Origin: the human T2T-CHM13v2.0 reference genome, Homo sapiens
Assembly: GCF_009914755.1 (NCBI RefSeq)
Contig: NC_060926.1
Strand: one strand, 5' to 3'
DNA: 64,000 nt
Shown here: positions 1 to 13,354 of the stretch, one piece after another
Layout: every line of letters begins with the position of its first letter
How positions within the stretch are numbered: position 1 is the first letter of the stretch
Position numbers and translations under genes: made by a program
Notes under the pieces: generated by a model
Told to the model about the DNA's origin: nothing
What the model saw: only the letters and a program-made list of their open reading frames with translations
Database searches by the model: none

Positions 1-223
1 CTTCTATCTCTTTACTTTATCCTCCTTCCACGCATGGTTCTCTGTGTCTACATTTCCACTTCTTTTTTTTAATTGCAACAGTGTCTTGCTCTGTTGCCCA
101 GGTTGGAGGGCAGTGGTGTGTTCTCAGCTAACTGCAACCCCTACCTCCCGGGCTCCAGCAATCCTCCCATTTCAGCCTCCGGAATAGCTGAGATGACAAG
201 CTCACGTCACCATGCTTGACTAA

Positions 224-262
<39 letters not shown>

Positions 263-545
263 TTTTAGTAGAAATGGGTTTTCACAATGCTGCCCAGGCT
301 GGTCTCTAACTCCTGAGCTCAAGTGATCCTCCCACCTCAGCCTCCCAAAGTGCTGGGATTACAGGTGTGCACCACTGCACCAGGCCCATTTCCCATTTTT
401 ATATTGTGTTTGGACCCACCCCACTGGCCTGGTTTTAAATTGATCATCTGCAAAGGACCTCTCTCCAAATAAGCTCCCACTCTGAGGTATTCAGGAATTA
501 CACCTCAAAGTATTTATTTTGAGAAACATAATTCAACTCATAATA
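1..545 (-). mobile_element. MaLR LTR (MLT1B/C-like), interrupted by an Alu
   Basis: GGACCCACC...ATCTGCAAAGGACCTCTCTCCAAATAAG...CTGAGGTA...ATTCAACTCATAATA matches the reverse complement of the MLT1 LTR start; subfamily by eye. Confidence 0.7.
63..386 (-). mobile_element. Old Alu (AluJ-like) with (TG)n in the inter-monomer linker
   Basis: GTCTTGCTCTGTTGCCCAGG...CTCCCAAAGTGCTGGGATTACAGG; (TG)n at ~226-260. Confidence 0.9.
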
Positions 546-980
546 GCCCATTATCTGACCCTTAAAGATTCATGTCCTTCTTATATGAAAAATATATTTA
601 CCACATCCCAACATCTCCAAAAGCCTGAATGCAGTCCAGCGTGAAGCCTAAGTCCAAAACCTCATCTAAATATCTCATCAAATATGAGTGCAACTCAGGC
701 TTTGATTCATCCTTCAGCAAAATTCCCTTTCAGCTGTGGATCTATGAGACTAGACTGCATATCTACTTTTAAAATACAATGATGGAACAGGCATCGAATA
801 GACATTTCCATTCCATAAGGGGGAGATCAGAAGAGAAAAAAAAAAGGATTACTAATCCCAAACAAGTCCCAAACCTATCAGGGAAAATTCCCTTCAATTC
901 CAGACCTCAGAAGAATCTTCTCTGGCTAGATTCTCTGCCCTCTGGTCCTCCAACCCTTTCATTGTCCCCTCACCAACTCT
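546..980 (-). mobile_element. MaLR internal sequence (MLT1-int-like) abutting the LTR
   Basis: ATTCATGTCCTTCT...CATCCCAACATCTCCAAAAG...AAGTCCAAAACCTCATCT...GATTCATCC resembles MaLR internal sequence. Confidence 0.55.
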
Positions 981-2149
981 TGGGGACTTGGTGTGGGAGT
1001 CAAGACTCATCAGCGCCAAGCTGTGGGCTTTCAATTTGGTGGGGAGTGCAGAGGAGATTGGGACACACAGAGACTGGAGCAAAACTCTAGCCTGAACACA
1101 CGGAGGCTGGGCCCTGGCCAGAGCTGCCCTGGAAGGAGAGCGAGCAGTGGCCTCTCCCACAGTCGGGTGGTGCAAACACTCCGGATATGTCCCTGAAGCA
1201 GAGGCATGTGATGGAAGGAAGTGGAACAGAGCCACCCTGGAATGACCTTGTCAGAGCAGGCCTTGTTGTAAGTGACTATATCAAGGGCGTCAAGCAAGGG
1301 TGTTCACACCTAGGAAGGGCACCCAAAATGGAACCTCAAGGATCATCTGGAGACGCAATTCCCCACAACAGAGAAGGTGGCCCTGCTGCGATGGGTTCAT
1401 TCTTATAATAACCCATCAAGGAGGCCCAGCAGCTGGAATCCTGGCATGTCAACGGGCATTCAGCAGCCAAGTGAGAAGCACACAGCATCGGCTACATGAA
1501 GATAGACTTTGCCCCTTTCTCTTCTGAGCCCTTCCCATCTCCTGGTTCCCCAGCAGCCAGAAGGCAGGACGGGGAGGCAGGAGTGTAAAACACCAGAACT
1601 GCCACCTTGTCTCTAATTCACAGTCAGCCCAAGCTAGACCTGAGGGGGGATCTCTAGGCTGGTGGGAAGAGAATCACAGAGCTGTGTCCTGATCACACTG
1701 CACTTCATCCAGCCTGTCAAGTGCACCATTTACACACCCAAGCACAGATCCAAATGGTACTCGGGACCAAAGGAAAATCATGTTAATTTTTATTGTAACA
1801 TGGACTCTCCGCTGCTGTGGGAGAAAAAAATAATGAGGAATCTGATACTCACCCAGGTTAAAAGAGCATTACTGAGACTGAAGTAGGCTGTGGATATCTG
1901 CAGGCAACTTGGATTGCTTTATGTGCCTTTCTTACATTCCACATTTCTATGGGAAATATGTGCTGCCTTCAAATGGAGGAAGAGAAAACAATAAATACCA
2001 CAAAGTACCAAAGTCACAACTAAATAACTATACTTTAACATATAATAAACCCACAGACTTAAGAGAATGAAACCAAAATAATTTTCCCTAGTTTACGATT
2101 CTGTAGCAGTGACATTTTTCGTCCTGGAAAAGCTACGTAAGGTCCAGCG

Positions 2150-2300
2150 CAGAAGTGACCTTGGAAGTCACCTAGTCCAAAATGTTCGTGCTAGAGGTGA
2201 GGATTTTAAGGGCCAAGGTGATCAACCCCTGTTCCTAAGATCACGTGGCTGATTTATGTTAGGATGGGGGCAGGAGACAGTCTCCCTGGCTCAGACCCCT
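2150..2300 (-). mobile_element. MIR fragment
   Basis: GACCTTGGAAGTCACCTAGTCCAA...CCTAAGATCACGTGGCTG resembles the MIR core. Confidence 0.5.
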
Positions 2301-4304
2301 CTTCCCTCACAGGTGTGTCTCTCTAAGGCACTACTCACCTCTTAGTAGAAGCCTGGGTCCTCTTGCCACCCATCCTCCCCTCCTCCCCCTTGTCTGCAAA
2401 CGCCCTTCGATTTTGCACAGCAGCTAAAAGCTACCCTAATGATGACCACAAATTGGTAGAATTTTTAGTGAATGCCCTCTCCAAGGAAAGGTCACTGTAT
2501 TTCTTGTTCATGTTATGATTACTTAGAATTTAATGGTTACCTGTGCTTCACACATCTCTGCCTATACCTTACTTTATTTGGAATAACAAAAGTAATGTAA
2601 GTGTTTTCAAAGCTGACAGACAGAGACAGAGTACAGAAAGAGCTATTGATGCATCGAGGGCCAGAAAGAAAAACAACAGCAGACACCTAAGTTCAAGAGT
2701 CAATTACAGCAAAATGTAGTTGATTACAGGGCTCATGGGTCGCGGGGAGTGGGTAAAGCAACCTGGCCACACAGCTTGGTGATTTAGAAAGAGTCCTGGC
2801 TAGGGCTTTCCCTCAGCCTATCAAGGTGGAGGGGAGACGCTGCACCTGCCAAAGCCGATGATTCCCTGTTCCCGGTGAGGACTATCCACAGACACCCTCC
2901 TCCTGCACTTGTGCTTATCAAATCCCAGAAATCTACCGGACACGTGTTTGCCTGAGTTACCAGCTCTCCCCATCCCCTCTTGTCTGTATCATCGAAAACA
3001 ATGACACATTCATAGCTATTCACATGGATGTTTTCTCTAGCTAAGAAGTGATTAAGACAAACAAATCAGGATAATAGCCATGTTTTGAAGAAACCAGATT
3101 TGGCAAATTTTAAAATTGTGCTTTCAAAATTGACTATTCATTTCTTTTTATATTACACTTCCAAACACACACATACACACTTAACAATCACACATTTGGA
3201 ACCATACATGTCTTCTTGGGTGTATAAGACAAAGATACTGATAGAAAGGGAGCAATGTCTCCAGGAGACACTGGCCCCTCTCCCTTCATGTGTAGACTGC
3301 AACTCTAGGACTTGCTCTCCAGCACTGGTGCAGGCTCCGCCTCTGTCTTTGATTTAGATGGGAGAGGGCAGGAGCCATCTCCCCACCCCAGCCCCTAAAG
3401 CCCCCCACTCTCTTTTTTGGAGCTAAGAGAGCAGGCCACACTGGACGATAGTGCTGCTTGCTCAACAAAAAAAATAACTGTTTTGGGGGAAATTATTTAA
3501 CTTCATTTAAAAATTCCCTGAGTTTTCTAGTTAAATGTCTTTTTTAGAGCATATTCCTCCCACTAAAAAATGGTTGAATAAATATATTTTTAATAAAAAT
3601 AAGGTTTGTTTAAACTGTAAAAGATAGGAAGTTCTAGCCAATGCCTGGTTAACAGGAACAGTGTGAACACGTGAAACAGTGTGATCTGAAACCACAGACA
3701 TCCCTCTTGGTGTTAGCTCCAATGTTGCATGTGTATATTCTGTGTGTGTACATCTGTGTGTGTGTGTGTGTGTTCATTTGTGTGCTGGGTCATGATGTAA
3801 AAATCCATTTCATATGTCAGATCATAGTCAAAATAAGTTTGAAGCCCCTGCCCTGTGCTATCCTGCCCTGCTGATACTCTGTGTTTTCCTTAATTGTGAC
3901 AAAGATGAAACTACAGAGGCAAAACGAGAAGAGTCATGCCTTGCTTGCATTGCAAAGGGACGTGGATTTTGTCCTAATGGTGAAGGGCATCCTGAGCATG
4001 ACGCTGGCAAGTCCCATGGTCCCTGTTGCATGTTGGAATGAATAGTCTGTCTGCAGAGTGGAAACAGGGACATCAGTTTGGTGTCCATTACTAAAAAATG
4101 TGTAAAGCCCAGAGGAAAACTGAAACATACACACTGATGGTCAAAACATGCAGGAGGAAGTGAACTCAGGAGTGACTCGGGTAGGAGAATTGACTGAGCT
4201 TACTGGGGTATGTGAGCAAATATGAAAATCCCTTCATAACTTACACAATAGTTACGGTATGCCAGGAACCCTTTCAGGCACAGAAGAAGAAATATTAAAA
4301 TAAT

Positions 4305-4530
4305 AAAGACTACATTTGTAAACGTTCTACTGTGCGCAGCACTGTTCTAAGCACTTCATATGTATTTAATCATTATAGCAATTCTAACAAATCAAGCAGG
4401 ACCTGGACTGTGTCTCTGCACACATGAGTGTGTGTGTGTGTGTGCGCGTGCACGCACATGATGGAATGGTTACTGGTATCCTATTTTATAGACTGGAAAA
4501 CGAAGGCACAGGATAAGTTAAATAACTTGT
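4305..4530 (-). mobile_element. MIR interrupted by L1 (resumes ~5800-5865)
   Basis: CACTGTTCTAAGCACTTCATATG...TATTTTATAGACTGGAAAACGAAGGCACAG...AAGTTAAATAACTTG. Confidence 0.65.
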
Positions 4531-5672
4531 GTAAAAGACACTATCAAGAAAATGAGAAAACAAGCCACAGACTAGGGGAAGTTATTTGCAAAAGACATGT
4601 CTGATAAAAGACTGTTACCCAAAATATACAAAGAAGTCTTAAAGCTTCACAATAAGCACATGAAAAACCTGATTTAAAAAAAATGGGCCAAAAACCTGAA
4701 GAGATATATCACTAAAGAAGATATACTGAGGGCAAGTAAATATTTGGAAAGACAGTCCATCTCATATGCCTAGGGAAATGTAAATTACAACAAAAATGAG
4801 ATAGCACTTCAGACCGAGTAGAATGGCTACAATCTAAAATAGTGACAACAGCAAATTCTGACGAAGATGTAGAATAGTAGAAACTCTCATTCGTTGCTGT
4901 TGGGAATGCAAAATGGGACAGCCACTTTGGAAGACAGTTTGAAAGTTTCTTATGAAATTATACAACCTCTTACCACACGATAGAGCAGTATCACTCTTTG
5001 ATATTTACCCAAGCAAGTTGAACACTTACATCTACACACAAAGCTGCACAAGGATGCTTGTAACAGATTTTATTCATCATTGCCAAAACATGGAAGCAGC
5101 CATGATGTCCTTCTGTAGGAGGATGGATAAACTGTGGTATACTCAGACAATGGAATGTTATGTATTGCCAAAAAGAAATGAGCTATGAAGTCATAAAAAG
5201 ACATGGAAGAACATAAAATGCATATTGTTAAGTTAAGGAAGCCAATCTGAAAAAGCTACATACTGTATGATTCCATATATTTGACATTCTGGAAAAGGCA
5301 AAACTATTGCCATAGTAAAATAATCAGTTGTTGCCAAGGGCTTGGAGGGGTGAAGGATGAATAGGTGGGTGGAGGCCAGATGATTAGGGCCATGAAAATA
5401 ATCTGCATGACACTATAATGATGGATACCTGCCATTATACATTTATCCAAATCCACAGAATGTACAACACCAAGAGTGAGCCTAATGTGGACTACGCATG
5501 TTGGATGATTATGATGTGTCATTGTGGATGCACTGATCGTAACACATGTACCACCGAGTGGGGGTGGTTGTGTATGTGTGGGGATAGACACTATGTGGAA
5601 GGCTCTGCATTTTCCATTCATGTTTGCTGTGAACCTCAAACTGCTCTAGAAAATAAAGTCTATTTAAAAAAA
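4531..5672 (+). mobile_element. 5'-truncated old L1 (L1MC-like): ORF2 end plus 3'UTR
   Basis: CAAGCCACAGACTAGGGGAAG..., GGGAATGCAAAATGGGACAGCCACTTTGGAAGACAG, ends GCTGTGAACCTCAAACTGCTCTAGAAAATAAAGTCTATTTAAAA. Confidence 0.85.
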
Positions 5673-5870
5673 TAGAATACATATCTCATATGAATAATTT
5701 CAAAAGACGTGAATTTTGGAGGCAGTACGTTTGTGGAATTATCTGGGCATTGATAACTAAAAGTCAAGCGCTCCATGATGAGAGCCACGCGGGAAAAAGA
5801 AAAGATAGTGGAACCAGAATTTTCAATCCAGGGCAGAACGCTTCTGAGCCGTAACTCTGAACACCTAAGC

Positions 5871-6105
5871 CAGTGTTTTTCAAACTTCAGTGGTGCCTCA
5901 TTAATAGTGGGTTTTAACTAGCATTTACAGAAATGGAATGGAATGGAATAGAATAAAAAAGAGTATGAATTGCACATAAAAGAGAGATACTGATTTTTGA
6001 CGCTTTGGTTTCTGCTTTATATGTGTATAGCATGAGTACTGGGTCATGATGTAAAAAGGTGTTTTATAAAATAGGTCATGATCAAAATAAATTTCCAAGC
6101 CGCTG
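5871..6105. mobile_element. Non-autonomous hAT/Charlie-type DNA transposon relic
   Basis: Starts CAGTGTTTTTCAAAC and ends TTTCCAAGCCGCTG (imperfect TIRs); (GGAAT/AGAAT)n interior. Confidence 0.55.
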
Positions 6106-6259
6106 CCCTGTGCTGTACTGCCCAACTGCTCTGGCTTTCATGGATCACACTCTGCAGTGGTCAATTCAGAGAATAAATGAGTGAAAAGCTTAACAACATT
6201 ATTTTAGCTATTGAAACATGTTCTGATGAGCCAAACAGGGTAACAGCATCCACTGGTTC

Positions 6260-6261
<2 letters not shown>

Positions 6262-6293
<32 letters not shown>
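6262..6293. repeat. (TG)n microsatellite
   Basis: Direct reading. Confidence 0.95.
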
Positions 6294-6299
<6 letters not shown>

Positions 6300-9200
6300 A
6301 GGTAGGATTGTTCGATCTATACTCATTACCAGGTCTGAGGAACACTTAAGAAGGAATAAGAAGGAATGTCCAGTAGACAGAATATAACCAGATCCAAATT
6401 CAAGATTTAAGGCTGAAGCTGAGATAAATAGATACAGCTAACAATAAGGAGTGAACTCATTTCAGGAGAATAGGTAAAGGGAGAAAAAAGGAAAGGATCC
6501 TACCTTATAACTTCATTTCAGAGATGGGGAATGCATGTGGTTGCAATACTTCTAAAAATGGTGGTCAATCCATCAGATAAGTCAAATATTTACCCAGTGA
6601 TATTTTTAGCATATTATTTGCTTAGAAAAATGCTTCTTTCCTAAGAAAAAGGGACACTTCTTACTCTGGCTGTGTTATAATTTTGAGAGATATCGTGAAA
6701 TATCTCATCTCTTTATGTAATAGTCCTTTTACGTGACATTTTCTTTGTAAAGATGGAATTATGAAAAGGTAAAAATCACCATAAAAATAGTCATTTGTGC
6801 CTCTAATCAGATGTGACTCTTAAGATTCTGAACATTATGTATCCAACAATGTTTATGGTTAACAAACAAACTACATATCTTGCTTATAAATAAGTATATA
6901 GACAGACACACACAAAAATGAGTGAATATTGGCTCTAAAAAGATAACCAATGATCCTAATTATGATATACATTCAGTGGCTTAAAAAACAGTAGACCTAT
7001 TTCCATTTTACTAAATTAGGTTTTCAAGAGGTGCATTATTAAAGGCTATATTTTCTATTTGGTAGCCTAAAATTTCTCTAAATAGTTGGTTACTGTTAAT
7101 GGCGCAAACATCTGTTTTCAGAAGTAACTATTATTCCTGTAAGAAGCATGCGTACTCTCAAACATGTTCCCATATTTTTTTTTAAATGCTATACTTATTT
7201 AAAAATTTTCCCTTAGGGAGCAAAAATAAAGTATACAGATTATCATTTTTTTCATTCCTCACTCGACTACGTCTAACAACATTAAGTATGTGGGGTGAGT
7301 CCATGCTACAAAATAGCAATCTAGTTAATCTCTTGTGAAAATTGCCTGGCCTCTCCTACATGACAGGGGGGATTCAGCTGTAGCACCCGCCTGTGCCGCC
7401 TTCAGTGCCTGCTTTAGCAATCCCAATCTTTGCTTTATCTTCTCCAACAAACGGCTCATGTTGCCTTGAACAGAAATTATATTTCTTGTTCGAAAGAGCA
7501 GATTTTAACTTTTATTTCCTCTAAAAAGATCGCAGCGCTATGAGAATAAAATCTATTATTTTTCACTCCTACTATATTCAGATCATTCTCATTTTAAAGC
7601 TAAGCATGATTTTTGCTATAGCGTAAAGATAGCAAATCAATATGGAATTTGCCAAAGATTTTCAAATGCATTCTCTTTCCGAGGCCCAAATGGTAGGTGC
7701 CCTCACACTTTGCAAGCAAATAATGAAGCTGAGCTGAAATATTTCAATCCTTTTCTCTAGAGTGTGGATTTGTCCTGCAGTTGTGGGGAGGTGGGTGTAG
7801 GTTCACCTTGTGCTCCACCCCACCCTCCCTCCGGTGGTGTTCCCAATAGCTGAAAAACGTGTGAGCTGTAAGAGAAAAACAAGACCTAGTGCTCGCCGTG
7901 CGGGAGTGAAGATGAGTTTTCACACACTGCCTTGGATTTTATACATCTCCAGACTTTAAGTCACCCAGTATGAATGACTGTAAATTCTTTTGGTTCCTAT
8001 GGCCCTGGAAAGAATAAATTGCCAGCATTATCAAGATTTAAGTTGGTCTGAATATTCCAAGTATTCGATGCAGTGTTTTTCTTTAGGATGAGTCGGGGAA
8101 GTGGGGGACGGGGGCGGGAATGGCTTATCGCAATGGCGGTAATTTTTTCAAATCATGATCTGTGTAAAACACGGTATTATTTTATGATATTAGAATCCTC
8201 AGAGAAGATCCAATACTTAAGAAATGTAGTATTAATTGCAGGAGGGCACCTGAAAGGAAGCAGATTCGGATAATTTTCCCAGTCCTACACGGCTGATTTC
8301 TCTGGTGAAGGGATCCGGGCAGTGTCTTAGGAACTGCTCAAAGTTCCCAGATACCCAGTGCTGGGGGGTGTGGAGAAGGCGAGGGTGGCGACAGACCATA
8401 CCTATGAAGCGGTGATTTTCTTTAATTGCCCCCAGAATATCCGTAGAGGTAGTAGGGACTCAATAAAGAAACACAAAGGAGACGAACACGGCACGATCGC
8501 CGGGGTCCGCGGCTGCTCTGCGAGGCCCAGCGCGCCCCAGGTCGCGGCTCCCCGGCCGCCAGCGCACCTTTCCATCTCCAGGGAAAATATTTAGACGGGA
8601 AACTCGAGTGCACCTTATTTTCTCTTTGGTTTATGAGTGACCCAGAAGGCTTCTAGCTCACAATCGCACGATTTCAGGACGAGGCTGCCGGAGAAGCGCT
8701 GGCGACCGAGGATGGGGGAAGGACAAAGAGGAAGAGGAGGCCTGGGAAGGAGAAAGGAGCGGCGGAGGGGCGGGGAGAGGACGGGGCGGGGAGAGGAGGG
8801 GCGGGGAGCAGAGGGAGAAGGGAAGGAGGGCGCCGGGCCCCTCGCAGGGACGCCGGGCGGGGCGCGGGCTTGCTGGAGCCTGCGGGACCCAGAGCCCGCT
8901 CCGGAGCCAGCCCTGGGAGTGGCCAGCTTGAACCCGAGGGCCCCGCAGACCGTTACTCCGGCCCCCGCCCGGGGCGGGGCGCGCGGGGGCGCGGCGCAGC
9001 CCAACCCGCACAGCCGCGTCCCCAAACACCACCGAGGAGGGAAAACAGACGGAGAAAAAGGACAAAACAGAAAAATGCAAAACGGGGGAGGGAGCTCACC
9101 GCCTCTCGAGCTTTAAATTGATTTCTTTGCCTTACAAAAAGGGAGAAAGGGAAAAGGAGAGCAGAGCCCACGTGCCGGGAAGGTTGCTGTCTTCAAGCGC

Positions 9201-9669
9201 CACCTTCCGTCGGCCAGGGCCGCCGCGGGGCTACCGGGCGGGCTCGGGGCGGCGACCCGGGGGAGCGGCCGAGCCCCGCGAGGGGCTCGCCGGGGAGCAG
9301 CTGCGCCCACCCCGGGGCAGGCCGGGCGCGGCTGACCGCGAGCCGGGCGGAGGCCGCCGTCTCAGGCTGGGCGCGTGCCCGAGTGTGTGCACCCGGGGAG
9401 TGAGCGCGCGCCGTCCGCTGTCGCCGTCGGGCCTCCCGGGGACTGGGCACAAAGGCGCGCGGGGCCTCTCCCGGGACCCGGTCCTCGGTTAGCGCCGGCG
9501 CCCGAACCATCCCGGTTCGCCCCGGGCCGCCCGCTCCCCGTGGTGCCGCGCGCCGCTTCCGAGCATCCCGGGAACAGGCGCATCTGTGCACACACGCGGA
9601 TTTTTTAAAAATAACATATTTCTAGACATGCCTCCTCTCCCCCCACCCCCATCTTTGCAAAGCAGCCCG

Positions 9670-11474
<1,805 letters not shown>

Positions 11475-11540
11475 AAGGCGCCCGCTGCTCGCTCTTTCTC
11501 TCGGAGGGTGCAGAGCTGGGTTCCTTGGGAGGAAGTTGTA

Positions 11541-11640
11541 GTGGTGATGATGATGATGATAATGATGATGATGATGGTGGTGTTGATGGTGGCGGTGGTA
11601 GGGTGGAGGGGAGAGAAGAAGATGCTGATGATATTGATAA
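11541..11640 (+). repeat. (GAT/GGT)n imperfect trinucleotide repeat
   Basis: GTGGTGATGATGATGATGATAATGATGATGATGATGGTGGTG... Confidence 0.9.
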
Positions 11641-12091
11641 GATGTCGTGACGCAAAGAAATTGGAAAACATGATGAAAATTTTGGTGGAGTTAAAGTGAA
11701 ATGAGTAGTTTTTAAACATTTTTCCTGTCCTTTTTTTGTCCCCCCTCCCTTCCTTTATCGTGTCTCAAGGTAGTTGCATACCTAGTCTGGAGTTGTGATT
11801 ATTTTCCCAAAAAATGTGTTTTTGTAATTACTATTTCTTTTTCCTGAAATTCGTGATTGCAACAAAGGCAGAGGGGGCGGGGCGGGGGAGGGGAGGTAGG
11901 ACCCGCTCCGGAAGGCGCTGTTTGAAGCTTGTCGGTCTTTGAAGTCTGGAAGACGTCTGCAGAGGACCCTTTTGGCAGCACAACTGTTACTCTAGGGAGT
12001 TGGTGGAGATATTTTTTTTTCTTAAGAGAACTTAAAGAACTGGTGATTTTTTTTTAACAAAAAAAGGGACCATTGCAACTTTTGTTAATTT

Positions 12092-12093
<2 letters not shown>

Positions 12094-12125
<32 letters not shown>
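12094..12125 (+). repeat. T32 homopolymer in the 3'UTR
   Basis: Direct reading. Confidence 0.95.
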
Positions 12126-12126
<1 letters not shown>

Positions 12127-13040
12127 GAGGGAGAAAACTGATGTCTTCTATGCATCCGATTCTTAACAAAACTGCAGGGAGCTTGAAAAAATGCAGACTG
12201 TACAAACGCTTACAAAAAAAAAAACTGTGAACTGACTTAAGATCAGAGTTTACTTTTCAGATCAAATTGTTTATGGTTTTACAAATGTGATTTCTACTTG
12301 CCAACTTTTTTTTTGTAACTTGTTCCCTTATACCTCCTTGATTGAATACCAGACAGCCTAGACCTCAGTACAAAAGGTATTGAAACATTTTTGATACATA
12401 ACAGACCTCAGTCTTTTTTAAAAATTAATATATTTTCAGGCGTATTTTTGTACAGTGAAAAGGGAACATTCTTGCTGTGTTTTTTCAGTAAGACTTTCAG
12501 GCACTTCTTCCCTTTTGATTTCTTTTTTTTCCTCTGTTTTTTAGCATGCAAGTATGTTGGTACGTTATGTCCTGGTTTAAAAAGGATTAAAATTTTAAAA
12601 TAATCCTTGCATCTAAAGGCCTTGTGGTTTAAAAAAAAAAAGCAAACTTTTTTTTGTACAGCTATAGTAGAGATTTGTTCAATATTTGTAGGTAAAGATT
12701 TATTGAAAATGGTGATATAGACCTCAGAGCTGTTATCTTAGTTTAAAGATTGTATATGTACTGTACTATAGTAGGACTTTATGTATCTCATACGCTGTGA
12801 TGTGGATGGGGCCCCAGATGGAAGGTTTGAAACTGGATTCTCGATTTTTAGCAAAAAAGAAAAAAAAAAGGCACATAGTTTAAAAAGTTTCTCATTTTGT
12901 GCAATATAATCTAAATAAAGTACAGACCATCTGCATATTTTGTAGCAAATGGTGGCAAAGCAGACTCAATGCACTGTCGACATCATTGCCTGTTTTTTTT
13001 TTTTTTTTTTTGTGCTGGAAGTCTGTATCTTGACAATTTT

Positions 13041-13046
13041 AATAAA
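13041..13046 (+). terminator. Candidate proximal poly(A) signal (second hexamer at 12914-12919)
   Basis: AATAAA with upstream TGTA and U-tract, and GU-rich sequence at ~13105-13147. Confidence 0.55.
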
Positions 13047-13354
13047 TCAGCTGGAACTGATAGAAACTCGCATCGCCAATAGTCTCTATGGAAGTCAAAC
13101 TGGAGGTCCTGTTGTCGCAGAGCATTCGGTGGTGAGGCTGTTGTGTGCGCGGATGAGGGGAGGTGGCAGGAGAGAATTCTACATTTAGGGGGTTAGGCTG
13201 AAAAGTGTTCAATTAGCAGGCTGATTTCTTTTTCCTCTTCCGCTAGTTGTGAAAGACAGGGGAAGGGTGTTCTTTCTCTCTGCCCTCCCTTTCCATCTCC
13301 AGCTCCCCATTTCCTTTCTCACCTCCTCCTCCACTCCCTGCCTCTTCTCCCCAC

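Noticed and set aside
1000-1530. Possible LTR or exon-like GC-richer segment
   Set aside because: Could not assign a family or splice structure with confidence
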